A stretch of 64,000 nucleotides of DNA. It comes from an uncultured Candidatus Saccharibacteria bacterium (GTDB taxonomy: Bacteria > Patescibacteriota > Minisyncoccia > Minisyncoccales > GWA2-38-27). Positions 1-8,877 of the stretch are shown here, one piece after another (the first letter of the stretch is position 1; each line of letters begins with the position of its first letter). The DNA is taken from NCBI GenBank assembly GCA_964493085.1, contig CAZBLV010000010.1:39537-103536 (forward strand). The letters run 5' to 3'. Position numbers and translations under genes: made by a program. The notes below the pieces were generated by a model. That model was given only the letters and a program-made list of their open reading frames with translations, had not been told where the DNA came from and ran no database searches.

Positions 1-1090
1 AGTCTCCTGACCAGCTATAGCTGTAAGAATAGCCGTCTCCCCCGGAAGCGGAAGCAGAAAAAGTCACCTGCTCCCCTGTTTCTGCCGGATCGGGATAAGC
101 GTCACAGGAAACATGAAAGTCGTTGTTTCTTACGCAGGCTCCGTTTTGGCAGGTTTCGTTATATCCGCAATCATCATATTTTTCTTCTCTGTTGCCGCAA
201 GAGTCATACCAAAAAACATCGCCGTTATAACAGGCTCTTTGGTCATGAGAAACGCACCCCTCCTCAACAAAAACCGAGCAAGAGGCGCTCTGAGTTTGGC
301 CTCCAGAAGTCACAGAAACCGTAGCGGCATGGTTGCCGGGAGAAGAAAAATATCTCTGGCAACTGCTTCCTGAACCGCTGCACCCTCCTGACCATAAATA
401 ATTAAAAAAACCTGTTCCCCCGGAAGCGGAAGCAGAAAAAGTCACTGCCTGATTGGTATTTGTCGAACTAGGAGAAGCAGAACAGGAAACATTCAAAGAA
501 CTGCATTCTGATTTTTCAATGCACCTTGTTTCTTGCTCTGTGTTAAAGTCTCCGCAGTCTCTGGTTCTTGTTTGGCTCATCTGGCCCGAGCTGCAGCTTC
601 CTTGGCCGCATCCCTGATCTTGCCAGTCGCTCCAAGAGCCGCAGTCCTTAAAGTAAAGCAAAAGGCGGCTGTATTCTCTGGCAACAATGCCTTTTGGAAA
701 CCTTATATACCCGTCCTTGGGGAAAGTATAAGATTCCCGGTGCCCCTTAAATGTTCTGCTCCCGTACTCCTCTTTGTTGTCATCAAGGAAAAGAACGGTT
801 ACCCGGTGGCTGGCCAATTTGCCGAAACGGCTGTAATGAGTTATTGTTTCTCCCTTATAGACCCTGATGTCAATGTCTTTTCTCCACCTTACATAGTCGT
901 CGTCAATCTGGCCCTGCCGGTGCAATAATTTTCCGTTCCTGTCCCAGATAGCGGCAATATCATTCACGCCTCCGTCGTCTTGGGCATAAATTTTGGTTCC
1001 GCCCAAGGCATCAACAAAGTCTGCCCCTATTCCCGCCAGGAACACAAAAAATAAAATTCCGATTAATGGATAGATTAAGTATTTTTTCAT
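1..1090 (-). CDS. Secreted cysteine-rich protein with tandem PKD-like domains and a thrombospondin-type-1-like repeat; 3' end runs off the window start.
   Basis: Manual minus-strand translation from the ATG at 1088-1090 gives MKKYLIYPLIGILFFVFLAGIGA (signal peptide/TM). It is followed by WSDWQDQGCGQGSC...QTRTRDC (TSP1-like) and two PKD-like units, AVTFSASASGGTGFFNYLWSGG and QVTFSASASGGDGYSYSYSWSGD, with a CYNGDVFWYDSCGN...C..NGAC module between them. No stop before position 1, so it is absent from the ORF track. A TTGACA -35 lies at 1134-1139 on the minus strand. Confidence 0.6.
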   Translation of the reverse strand, partial: MKKYLIYPLIGILFFVFLAGIGADFVDALGGTKIYAQDDGGVNDIAAIWDRNGKLLHRQGQIDDDYVRWRKDIDIRVYKGETITHYSRFGKLASHRVTVLFLDDNKEEYGSRTFKGHRESYTFPKDGYIRFPKGIVAREYSRLLLYFKDCGSWSDWQDQGCGQGSCSSGQMSQTRTRDCGDFNTEQETRCIEKSECSSLNVSCSASPSSTNTNQAVTFSASASGGTGFFNYLWSGGCSGSGSSCQRYFSSPGNHAATVSVTSGGQTQSASCSVFVEEGCVSHDQRACYNGDVFWYDSCGNREEKYDDCGYNETCQNGACVRNNDFHVSCDAYPDPAETGEQVTFSASASGGDGYSYSYSWSGD

Positions 1091-1183
1091 AAAAATTGTC
1101 TATGGACTAAACATTACTATTATTTCTATAGTTTGTCAAGTGATAATTCAAATCTCCGGCAATAAATGGTAAAATATTAAAAT

Positions 1184-1726
1184 ATGATATTAATAATCGG
1201 ATTGGGAAATCCCGGAGAAAAATACCAGAATACCCCTCACAACATCGGCTTTGAAACAGTAGAAAAATTTGCAAGAAAGAACAACTTTCCGGAATTCTCC
1301 TTGTCAAAAAAAATCCACAGTTTTGTTTCAAAAAAAGAAGGGGTCGTCTTAGTTAAACCCCGGACTTTTATGAACAGATCCGGCCAGGCAGTTAAAGAGG
1401 CGGCAAGCTTCTGGAAGGCGGCAGAAGAAAAAATCATTATAATACACGACGATATTGACCTGCCTTTCGGAAAGATAAAAATTGCAAAAAACAGGGGCTC
1501 TGCAGGGCACAAAGGAATAGAGTCTATAATCCAGCACATGGGAAATAAACGATTTACAAGAATCAGAATCGGAGTAAGCCCCGAAAAAAAAGTCAGCAAC
1601 CCGGAAAAGTTTGTGATTAAAAAATTCAGCCAAAAAGATGTAGAAAGCGTCATAGAAAAATCAGTCAATGCCTTAGAGGATATTTTGAAAAATGGCATAG
1701 AAAAAGCAATGTCTGTTTATAATTGA
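1184..1726 (+). CDS. pth: Peptidyl-tRNA hydrolase.
   Basis: MILIIGLGNPGEKYQNTPHNIGF...RTFMNRSG...RIGVS; typical Pth length and motifs. Confidence 0.9.
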   Translation: MILIIGLGNPGEKYQNTPHNIGFETVEKFARKNNFPEFSLSKKIHSFVSKKEGVVLVKPRTFMNRSGQAVKEAASFWKAAEEKIIIIHDDIDLPFGKIKIAKNRGSAGHKGIESIIQHMGNKRFTRIRIGVSPEKKVSNPEKFVIKKFSQKDVESVIEKSVNALEDILKNGIEKAMSVYN

Positions 1727-1767
1727 CAACCATATATAATTTCTATACCATAGAAAGCCTGTTAAAA

Positions 1768-3741
1768 ATGAATCGGTTGGAGAATGAAATTTTAATAGCA
1801 GGAATAACCCCCTATTTTCTAGAAAGGGGGTTCTTGTGGTTTGCAAAAAACAAAAATAAGATTAAGCAGGCAAAAAAAACCCAGCCCTTTTTTCAAGAAA
1901 ACACGCTTTTTCTTGAAAAAGGCCAAGAAATAAAGCTCTCTTATACAATAAAAAGAATCGATGAATTAGGCTACGAAAGGGTCCAAACAATTGACAGTCC
2001 GGGAGAATTCGCCCAATTAGGAAGCGTCATTGAGATTTTTCCTATCAACCAAGCAAACGCTGTAAGACTAGACTTTCTGGGAAACAAGATAGACGGTATC
2101 GAAGTATTGGAAAAGGAAGTTAAAAACGAAAAAGAAAGCAAACGTCTTTTAAAAAACAGAATAAAAAAACAAAAAACATATTCTGACTTAAAAGGAATAA
2201 AACAAGGAGACTATCTTGTTCATCTAGACCATGGCATAGGAGTTTTTCAGGGTTTTGAAAGATTTAAAGAAAAAAAATACTTTCTTTTAGAATACGCCAA
2301 AGGGGACCGGCTTTTTGTACCAAAGGGCCTGGAAAGAAAGCTCACAAGATATGTGGGTTTTCTCACTCCCCCTGTCTCGAGGCTCGGAACTGTTGCCTGG
2401 CAAAAAACCAAAAGAAAAACAAAAGAAGAAGCAGAAAGGCTCGCAAAAGAGCTGCTCCAAATTTATTCGAGAAAGGAAACAGCTACCCGTCCCCCTTATC
2501 CCCAAAAAGACGAGTTCGATTCCCAGTTGGCTGCTTCTTTCTTGTACGCTGAAACTCCAGACCAGAAAGAAGCGATTGAAGACATAGAAAAAGACCTTGA
2601 AAAAGAAAAGCCCATGGATAGATTGGTCTGCGGTGATGTAGGTTTCGGCAAAACAGAAGTTGCCTTAAGGGCCGCGGTCAAGGCGGCTAAGTCGGGAAGA
2701 CAAGCGGTACTGATAGCCCCTACTACTATCTTGGCCTGCCAGCATTATCAAAACTTCAAGGAGCGCCTTAAGGACTTCCCTTTCCAGATTTCTCTGCTGA
2801 CAAGATTCCAAAAAAACCAAGAAGAAATATTAAGAAATATCAAGGAGGGCAGGACAGATATAATAGTAGGAACCCACCGCCTGCTGTCAAAGGACGCAGC
2901 CCCCCTGCTCTTCGGAAAAGCAAACTCAGGCCTTCTGATTATCGATGACGAACAAAGATTCGGAGTCAAGCAAAAAGAAAAAATAAAGAAAATAAGGGGG
3001 TCTATAGATGTCCTTTCTCTTTCTGCAACTCCTATACCGAGAACCCTCCATTTGGCGCTTTCTTCTTTTAAAAAGATAAGCTTGATCCAGACTCCGCCGC
3101 CGGGAAGACTGCCCGTTAAAACGTTTATCCTTCCCTATTCTCTGAAAATTATTAAAAAAGCGATAAACAGAGAGGTAAAAAGAGGCGGGCAGATATACTA
3201 TCTGCATAACCGAGTGCAAAGCATAGGAAAAGTAAAAAACAAATTCCAGAAAATGTTTCCTAACCTGCGCATAGGCCTAGCCCACGGAAAAATGAAAGAA
3301 AAAGAGCTGCTGGAAAATATAGAAGCTTTAAGAAATAAAAAAATAGATCTATTAATAGCTACCACTATTATAGAAAACGGCATTGATCTTAAAAATGTGA
3401 ACACTTTAGTTGTAGAAGAGGCCAGCAATCTCGGTCTTGCTCAGGCTTATCAAATAAGAGGACGGGTAGGAAGGTCCTGCCGAGAAAGCTCTGCCTATTT
3501 TCTTTCAGGGTCCAAGCTTACCAATCAGGCCCAAAAAAGACTTGCAGCCCTAAAAGAAGCTAACCAGCCGGGATCCGGCTACAGATTGGCTCTCAAAGAC
3601 CTGGAAATAAGAGGAGCAGGCAACGTACTCGGCAAAGAACAGTCAGGAAGCATAAATCAAGTCGGACTTAATTTATACTGCCAAATGATAAGCCAGGCCG
3701 TAGAAAAAAACAGATCATTGTACAAATCAAAAAGAGCTTAA
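1768..3741 (+). CDS. mfd: Transcription-repair coupling factor, short form lacking the N-terminal UvrB-homology domains.
   Basis: D7/RecG wedge region and SF2 helicase motifs (GDVGFGKTEVALRAA, DEQRFGV, SATPIPRTL, QIRGRVGR). The ORF-track TTG start at 1723 overlaps the pth stop; the ATG at 1768 (MNRLENE) is more likely. Confidence 0.8.
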   Translation: MNRLENEILIAGITPYFLERGFLWFAKNKNKIKQAKKTQPFFQENTLFLEKGQEIKLSYTIKRIDELGYERVQTIDSPGEFAQLGSVIEIFPINQANAVRLDFLGNKIDGIEVLEKEVKNEKESKRLLKNRIKKQKTYSDLKGIKQGDYLVHLDHGIGVFQGFERFKEKKYFLLEYAKGDRLFVPKGLERKLTRYVGFLTPPVSRLGTVAWQKTKRKTKEEAERLAKELLQIYSRKETATRPPYPQKDEFDSQLAASFLYAETPDQKEAIEDIEKDLEKEKPMDRLVCGDVGFGKTEVALRAAVKAAKSGRQAVLIAPTTILACQHYQNFKERLKDFPFQISLLTRFQKNQEEILRNIKEGRTDIIVGTHRLLSKDAAPLLFGKANSGLLIIDDEQRFGVKQKEKIKKIRGSIDVLSLSATPIPRTLHLALSSFKKISLIQTPPPGRLPVKTFILPYSLKIIKKAINREVKRGGQIYYLHNRVQSIGKVKNKFQKMFPNLRIGLAHGKMKEKELLENIEALRNKKIDLLIATTIIENGIDLKNVNTLVVEEASNLGLAQAYQIRGRVGRSCRESSAYFLSGSKLTNQAQKRLAALKEANQPGSGYRLALKDLEIRGAGNVLGKEQSGSINQVGLNLYCQMISQAVEKNRSLYKSKRA

Positions 3742-3769
3742 CGTTTTTTTGCGCTAAGCTCTTTGATAA

Positions 3770-4291
3770 TTAAATTAAGGCCAGTTCAACGGCCTTTATG
3801 GTGGCCCTTCTTTCTCTGCCGACTCTGGCTGTAAAATCCTGACCAGTCACCCGGATTATCATTTTCTCTTTTTCAGGCCCCCCTAGAATCCTGTCGATAA
3901 TTTTGGAAGAAAGAACCTCAACCCTCAGCTGATCTCCGATAAAAACGGGCTTATGGAATTTAGAGCCGCCAAACCCCCGAAGCATGCCTTTTTTATCCAC
4001 AAACTCGGGATGCTGAATGCCCCAGTAAACGCCCAAAATTTGAGCTGTCATTTCCAGTATGTCGACTCCGCGGAAAACCATGCTGTTCCCTAAAACGGCA
4101 TGGCCTTCGCAAACATCTTCGGTGACCGTAAACTCTCCTGTAACTCTGCCCCCGGCAATAGTCAGCTTATCCAAAAGAAGCATTCTGCCTCTGTGGGGAA
4201 GGATCTTGGCAATTTCTTCTTTTCTTACGACAAGCGCTTTTCTTCTGCTAAGAGTGATTTTAAGGCTGTTAAGAAAGCTTGATTTTGACAT
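3770..4291 (-). CDS. fabZ: 3-hydroxyacyl-ACP dehydratase (FabZ-like hotdog fold).
   Basis: ILPHRGRMLLLDKL, catalytic EGH, and MLRGFGGSKFHKPVFIGDQLRVEV match FabZ signatures. Confidence 0.7.
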   Translation of the reverse strand: MSKSSFLNSLKITLSRRKALVVRKEEIAKILPHRGRMLLLDKLTIAGGRVTGEFTVTEDVCEGHAVLGNSMVFRGVDILEMTAQILGVYWGIQHPEFVDKKGMLRGFGGSKFHKPVFIGDQLRVEVLSSKIIDRILGGPEKEKMIIRVTGQDFTARVGRERRATIKAVELALI

Positions 4292-4406
4292 TTAGCCTTC
4301 TCCTTTCCTGTTTTCAAATTGTGAAGGTGCTTTTTTAAAGCATACAAAAATGGTGGAAAAATTCAAGCTTCATGTTATAATTCAAAAAATTACCAAATTA
4401 TTGATT

Positions 4407-6422
4407 ATGGATCTAATAATAGTAGAAAGCCCCACGAAGCAAAAAACTATCCAGGGTTTTTTGGATAAGGGCTTCAAAACTGCCTCTTCTTACGGGCACG
4501 TGCGAGATTTACCCAAGTCAAAGCTGGGAGTAGACTTGGAAAACAATTTCCAGCCAAACTACATCATTCCCACCAAAGCCAGAAAGACCATATCGTCTTT
4601 AAAAAAGGAGGCAAAGAAAGCAGAAAAAATAATTTTGGCAACAGACGAAGACAGAGAAGGAGAAGCCATTGCCTGGCATTTGTCCGAAGTTCTTGAATTA
4701 AAAGATCCCCAGCGGATTGTTTTCCACGAAATTACAAAATCTGCCATAGAAAAATCCCTTAAAAAGCCCAGAAAAATAGATCCGAAACTAGTAAACGCTC
4801 AGCAGGCGAGAAGAATACTGGACAGAGTTGTGGGCTACAAGCTATCCCCTTTCTTGTGGAAAAAGCTTGCCCGAGGATTGTCAGCAGGGAGAGTCCAGTC
4901 AGTAGCCCTAAAACTGATTAACGAGAGAGAAAACGAAATAAAATCCTTTACTCCTCAAGAGTACTGGAAAATCACAGCTCTTTTTGAAAAAGAAAAAGAG
5001 TTTGAGGGAATTCTTGTTAAAAAAGGAGAAGTCCCTGTTCCTAAGATGGGCATTAAAAACCAAAAAGAGGCCGATCAGACCCTAAAAGAGCTGCAAAACG
5101 CAGAATACAAAGTAGAAAAAATTGAAAGAAAAGAAGTTAAGAGAAACCCCTTTCCTCCCTTCACCACCAGCACGCTTCAGCAGGACGCTTGGGCAAGATT
5201 AAGGTTTCCAGCCAAGCTTACCATGAGCATAGCCCAGCAACTATACGAAAAAGGCTTCATCACTTATCACAGGACCGACTCCCTGAACCTGGCTCAATCT
5301 TCGCTAGTGGCAGCTAAAAAACTGATTGAAAAAAAATACGGAAAAGAATATTGGGCAGGTTACTTTAAAAAATATAAAGCAAAAGGCAAAACTCAAGAAG
5401 CCCACGAAGCAATACGGCCCGTAAAGCCCGCTAGAGAACCGGAAAAACTGTCCGGAAACCAAAAAAAGCTTTATACCATAATCTGGCAAAGATTTATCGG
5501 CTCCCAGATGTCTCCCGCCTTATTCGATTCAACCAGAGCAGATATTAAAGCCAGCACTTCCCACACTTTCAGATCCACGGGACAAATAATGAAATTTGCA
5601 GGGTTTTTAAAGGCCTATCCTATGAGCTTTAAGGAATCTGAAATTCCGGAGCTAAAAAAGGAAGATCCCATAATCTTGAAAAGCCTGACCCCCTCGCAGC
5701 ACTTTACCCAGCCCCCTCCCAGATATACAGAAGCCTCCCTTGTCAAGGAATTGGAAAAAAACGGGATAGGAAGGCCATCGACTTACGCCACCATCATATC
5801 AACAATCCAAGCAAGAAATTATGTCTCAAAAAACGAAGAAAAAAGATTTTGTCCTACAGAAATAGGAGAAGTGGTAAATAAAATCTTGGTAGAGCACTTT
5901 CCCAGGATAGTTGACTTGAAGTTCACAGCCGAAATGGAAGAAAGTTTAGATAAAATAGCCGAGGGAGAAACCGAATGGACAAAAGTCTGTGACAAATTTT
6001 ACAAGCCTTTTGCCAAGAACCTGGAAGAAAAATACGAACAAGTATCCAAAAAGGAATTTACAGAAAAACCCACGGGCAGAAAATGTCCGAAATGCGGCTC
6101 TGACCTGCTTTTGCGGCTGGGGAGGTTTGGAAAGTTTTATGCCTGTTCAGGTTTTCCAGAGTGCAGGTACACAGAACCTCTTAAAGATAAAACTCTGGGA
6201 ATCAAGTGCCCGAAATGCAAAAAGGGAGATTTGGTGGAGAAAAGAACCAAAAAAGGAAAAATCTTTTACGGATGCAATAGGTTTCCCAAGTGCGACTTTG
6301 CTTTGTGGGACAAGCCGACTGGAGAAAAATGCCCGAAGTGCGGCTCTTTATTGGTAGAGAAGAACAAGAAAATAAAATGCTCAAACAAAGATTGCGATTT
6401 TGAGAAAAATGTGGCAGAATAG
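4407..6422 (+). CDS. topA: DNA topoisomerase I with C-terminal Zn-ribbon repeats.
   Basis: MDLIIVESPTKQKTIQGFL (TOPRIM), the Tyr-domain region, and three CPKCG zinc ribbons. The track start at 4350 adds 19 non-conserved residues. Confidence 0.9.
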   Translation: MDLIIVESPTKQKTIQGFLDKGFKTASSYGHVRDLPKSKLGVDLENNFQPNYIIPTKARKTISSLKKEAKKAEKIILATDEDREGEAIAWHLSEVLELKDPQRIVFHEITKSAIEKSLKKPRKIDPKLVNAQQARRILDRVVGYKLSPFLWKKLARGLSAGRVQSVALKLINERENEIKSFTPQEYWKITALFEKEKEFEGILVKKGEVPVPKMGIKNQKEADQTLKELQNAEYKVEKIERKEVKRNPFPPFTTSTLQQDAWARLRFPAKLTMSIAQQLYEKGFITYHRTDSLNLAQSSLVAAKKLIEKKYGKEYWAGYFKKYKAKGKTQEAHEAIRPVKPAREPEKLSGNQKKLYTIIWQRFIGSQMSPALFDSTRADIKASTSHTFRSTGQIMKFAGFLKAYPMSFKESEIPELKKEDPIILKSLTPSQHFTQPPPRYTEASLVKELEKNGIGRPSTYATIISTIQARNYVSKNEEKRFCPTEIGEVVNKILVEHFPRIVDLKFTAEMEESLDKIAEGETEWTKVCDKFYKPFAKNLEEKYEQVSKKEFTEKPTGRKCPKCGSDLLLRLGRFGKFYACSGFPECRYTEPLKDKTLGIKCPKCKKGDLVEKRTKKGKIFYGCNRFPKCDFALWDKPTGEKCPKCGSLLVEKNKKIKCSNKDCDFEKNVAE

Positions 6423-6429
6423 TTGATAG

Positions 6430-6515
6430 GCCCAGGTGGCGGAACGGCTTACGCGTGCGACTCAAAATCGCATGGGAGAAATCCCGTGTGGGTTCGAATC
6501 CCACCCTGGGCACCA
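6430..6515 (+). tRNA. tRNA-Leu (anticodon CAA), class II with a long variable arm; the CCA end appears encoded.
   Basis: Acceptor gcccagg/cctgggc, anticodon stem tgcga/tcgca with loop cuCAAaa, T-arm gtgggttcgaatcccac, discriminator A, then cca. Confidence 0.85.
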
Positions 6516-6837
6516 CGTAGGAAAAGTCAAATTTCGTTGGCTCGCCTCGCTTCGCTCGACGACCAAATTGTAGGGAGTTTTGGGCGAAAAAATCAATTGG
6601 CGGCTTTGTAAAAGAAAATTTTTCCATATTCATTTGATTCAGAAATTCTAAGGAATTTCTATTTTTTTTGTCTTTATCCTTGCTTTTCCCCTTGATTTAT
6701 TGTAATGTAATCCAGAAAGCTAGACATAGTGTTTAACTGATCTGTACCTTGAAAACCAAGAAAGGAGGTAGACACCCATGAAGGAAAAAGGAGAATACAT
6801 TGGTCAACTGGCAGACTGAATCTATAGACTAAGTATT

Positions 6838-7659
6838 TTGCCGGCTCGCTTCAACATCATGTTGGAGCAGGCTCTCCTTACAGTTTCGAACACACAAGAG
6901 AGAGAAGTCCTTTGCACTGTAGCTTGCGTAGTATCGAGTTCTGCGTGGCAACATTGGCAGGCGTGGAGATCACCGGAAGACAACCGTCAGGAACATGAGT
7001 GGGTAGTATTCGCCAACGTAATGAAAATTGCGGAGAGTGAGGAATTGCCTCTATCGGACAAGCGAATCGCTACAGCATTCTGCTTCCTCCATGATACAGC
7101 GTTTATCAAACGAATAATGGAGGAGGAAATCCGCAAATTGGATGAAAAAGGTCTGCACGAAGAAGCTGATAGGATGAGGCGGATAAAGAAGAACCAGCGT
7201 GCCGACCACATGAAAGGTGGGGCTGAAAACGCGGAATTCCTGCTGAAACAACTCAAGATTCCTGACAGCTCAACCATGGCCCTTCTTACAGAAGATGAAG
7301 TTCGGCGCTGCATTGGCCTTATAGCCAAGCATGATTTATGGAAAGTGGATCCCCCTGAGCCACCTCCAACAAGTGATCGTCTGGCCCTTGCTTGTCTTGA
7401 AGGCGATGTTCTCTGGCCACTTCATCCGATTGGAATTCTCGCGGATCTTGATCGACCGAACACGGACGAAAAAAGCAGAGATCTATTTGAGCCGTTGAAA
7501 TGGAGAGAGCAATTACAACAGAGCCTCAAGACACTGGTGGAATTCAGGTCCAAATGGAAGGACATGCCAGATAGCGATTTCATCGACAGAGAGTCAATCT
7601 TCCGAACCAAGGAAGGGCACCGACTATTCACAGAATGGAAAAAGCTGTGGAATCTGTAA
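6838..7659 (+). CDS. Hypothetical protein with HD-phosphohydrolase-like motifs; compositionally foreign at about 52% GC.
   Basis: The pattern H..(30 aa)..CFLHDTAF ... IAKHDLWK is consistent with an HD domain. The track start is TTG; an ATG (MLEQ) lies at 6859. GC is much higher than in neighbouring genes. Confidence 0.4.
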   Translation: MPARFNIMLEQALLTVSNTQEREVLCTVACVVSSSAWQHWQAWRSPEDNRQEHEWVVFANVMKIAESEELPLSDKRIATAFCFLHDTAFIKRIMEEEIRKLDEKGLHEEADRMRRIKKNQRADHMKGGAENAEFLLKQLKIPDSSTMALLTEDEVRRCIGLIAKHDLWKVDPPEPPPTSDRLALACLEGDVLWPLHPIGILADLDRPNTDEKSRDLFEPLKWREQLQQSLKTLVEFRSKWKDMPDSDFIDRESIFRTKEGHRLFTEWKKLWNL

Positions 7660-7700
7660 GTTGTCATTAACTACTCCCTTATTTCTCTTCTCGCATCCAT

Positions 7701-7754
7701 GCCCCCTGCGGAATTCGTCAAAGACGAAAATTTCAAAGGGGGCTTTTTATTTTT
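7701..7754 (+). terminator. Rho-independent terminator of the HD-like gene.
   Basis: gccccct...(nested tcgtc/gacga hairpin)...agggggc followed by tttttattttt. Confidence 0.6.
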
Positions 7755-7772
7755 GTAAAAGTGCTAAAAAAT

Positions 7773-7879
7773 TTGCCGCGAAAGCAGTAAATTTTTCAAT
7801 CTTATTTTTCAAGAAAAATTTACTGAAATGAGTTATGATTAACTCATAGAAAAACTTGAAATTGTCTGGATCGCGGCAA
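7773..7879. repeat. Nested inverted-repeat (palindrome) cluster.
   Basis: Outer IR ttgccgcga (7773-7781) / tcgcggcaa (7871-7879). Inner 12-bp IR cagtaaattttt (7785-7796) / aaaaatttactg (7814-7825). 8-bp IR atgagtta (7828-7835) / taactcat (7840-7847). Confidence 0.6.
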
Positions 7880-7954
7880 AACTCTCATTTTTGCAAGGTC
7901 ACTTCCTCGTAGCCACAGGCAGCAAAATGCGCTAGCTATTTTGAAAATGGAGCA

Positions 7955-7983
7955 CAAACCTAAAAATCCCCGTAATGGGGATT
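7955..7983 (-). terminator. Terminator of the MazG-like gene.
   Basis: aatcccc-gtaat-ggggatt hairpin with a U-run on the minus strand. Confidence 0.5.
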
Positions 7984-8029
7984 TCTAAGCTTATGTCAGA
8001 AGTGTGCGGGTAATAACGCCCAGCCTTTT

Positions 8030-8374
8030 CTATTTCTCATTCCAGTCTACCCTGCTTCCTCCTCTGGAGGCCGCTTTTTCTGTAAATCCTTCGGGGTATC
8101 TTCTCTTTAATTTTTCAATGTTTTTTTCCAGTATTTCTTCCAAGTCCCAGTTAAAGAAGTTGCAGATCATTGCAATATACCAAAGAGTGTCTCCCAGATT
8201 CTCTTTTATTCCTTCTTTTTGGTCATTGCCGTGCGAGTATGTTTTTTTAATGCAGCCCGCTACGTCTCCTGCTTCTCCTGCCACTCCCAGCCCCCAGGTC
8301 ATTATTTCTTTTTCAGAATTTTCAAATTCTTTTGCTGTTTTTTTGGTCAGTTTTTGGTAGTCATTCAGATTCAT
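8030..8374 (-). CDS. MazG-like nucleoside triphosphate pyrophosphohydrolase (small all-alpha NTP-PPase).
   Basis: EIMTWGLGVAGEAGDVAG...ENLGDTLWYIAMI matches the MazG/YpjD EExGD and LGDxLWY motifs. Confidence 0.65.
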   Translation of the reverse strand: MNLNDYQKLTKKTAKEFENSEKEIMTWGLGVAGEAGDVAGCIKKTYSHGNDQKEGIKENLGDTLWYIAMICNFFNWDLEEILEKNIEKLKRRYPEGFTEKAASRGGSRVDWNEK

Positions 8375-8877
8375 ACTTTTTTTATAATAAGTTTTTTAGT
8401 TATAAGAGCTGAAATACCTCCTACAATCATTCCTGCCAATATATCAACAGGCCAATGTATGCCGACAAAAACTCTAGCTAAACCTATAAGCAGGGCTCCG
8501 GAAAAGAAAAGAGCGCCTGCATTTTCGCTCTTGTAGAAAAGAAAAAAAGCAATGGCAAAATAGAAAGCAGCGTGCCCCGAGGGAAAAGATGAGTTGTCCG
8601 GGGCTTTTAAAATCTGATTAACTTCCCCGGCCTGAAAAGGCCTGGGTTTTGGCAAAAGCCAATAAATAATATTGGTAAAAACAAATCTCGACAAAAAAGC
8701 GGACACCAAAGCCCCAATAACTGCTTTCCAAAACTTGCGAAACCTTAAGAGGAACATCAAAAAAAGGGCCGCAATTAGAAAATACCCCAAATAGCCAGCT
8801 AGAAAAACGCCCAAAGAATCCAATACTTTCCATTTACCCGCCGAATCGTTAATTAGCTCGAAAAGATAAGAATTCAT
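8371..8877 (-). CDS. PAP2-family membrane phosphatase (undecaprenyl-diphosphatase / PgpB-like).
   Basis: KAPDNSSFPSGHAA and GIHWPVD PAP2 motifs, plus multiple TM segments. Confidence 0.8.
   Translation of the reverse strand: MNSYLFELINDSAGKWKVLDSLGVFLAGYLGYFLIAALFLMFLLRFRKFWKAVIGALVSAFLSRFVFTNIIYWLLPKPRPFQAGEVNQILKAPDNSSFPSGHAAFYFAIAFFLFYKSENAGALFFSGALLIGLARVFVGIHWPVDILAGMIVGGISALITKKLIIKKV

Noticed and set aside
113-928. Plus-strand ORFs 113-373 and 533-928.
   Set aside because: They lie antisense or out of frame inside the well-supported minus-strand PKD/TSR secreted-protein gene (1-1090) and have low-complexity, non-protein-like translations.
6202-6633. ORFs 6202-6633 (minus) and 6423-6611 (plus).
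   Set aside because: They overlap tRNA-Leu(CAA) and the topA 3' end. The translations are tRNA sequence read as protein.
6778-6840. UGA read-through or recoding joining the micro-ORF to the HD-like ORF (they are in frame, separated by one TGA).
   Set aside because: TGA is used as a genuine stop by many genes in the window (for example pth), so a reassigned-UGA code is unlikely. The in-frame coincidence has a 1-in-3 prior.
6430-8030. Integrated mobile element at tRNA-Leu.
   Set aside because: There is compositional evidence for foreign DNA, but no integrase, recombinase or transposase gene and no detectable direct repeat of the tRNA 3' end, so it is reported only as a probable HGT cassette.
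8004-8536. Plus-strand ORFs 8004-8360 and 8219-8536.
   Set aside because: They are antisense to the MazG-like and PAP2 genes, have low-complexity translations, and are not supported.
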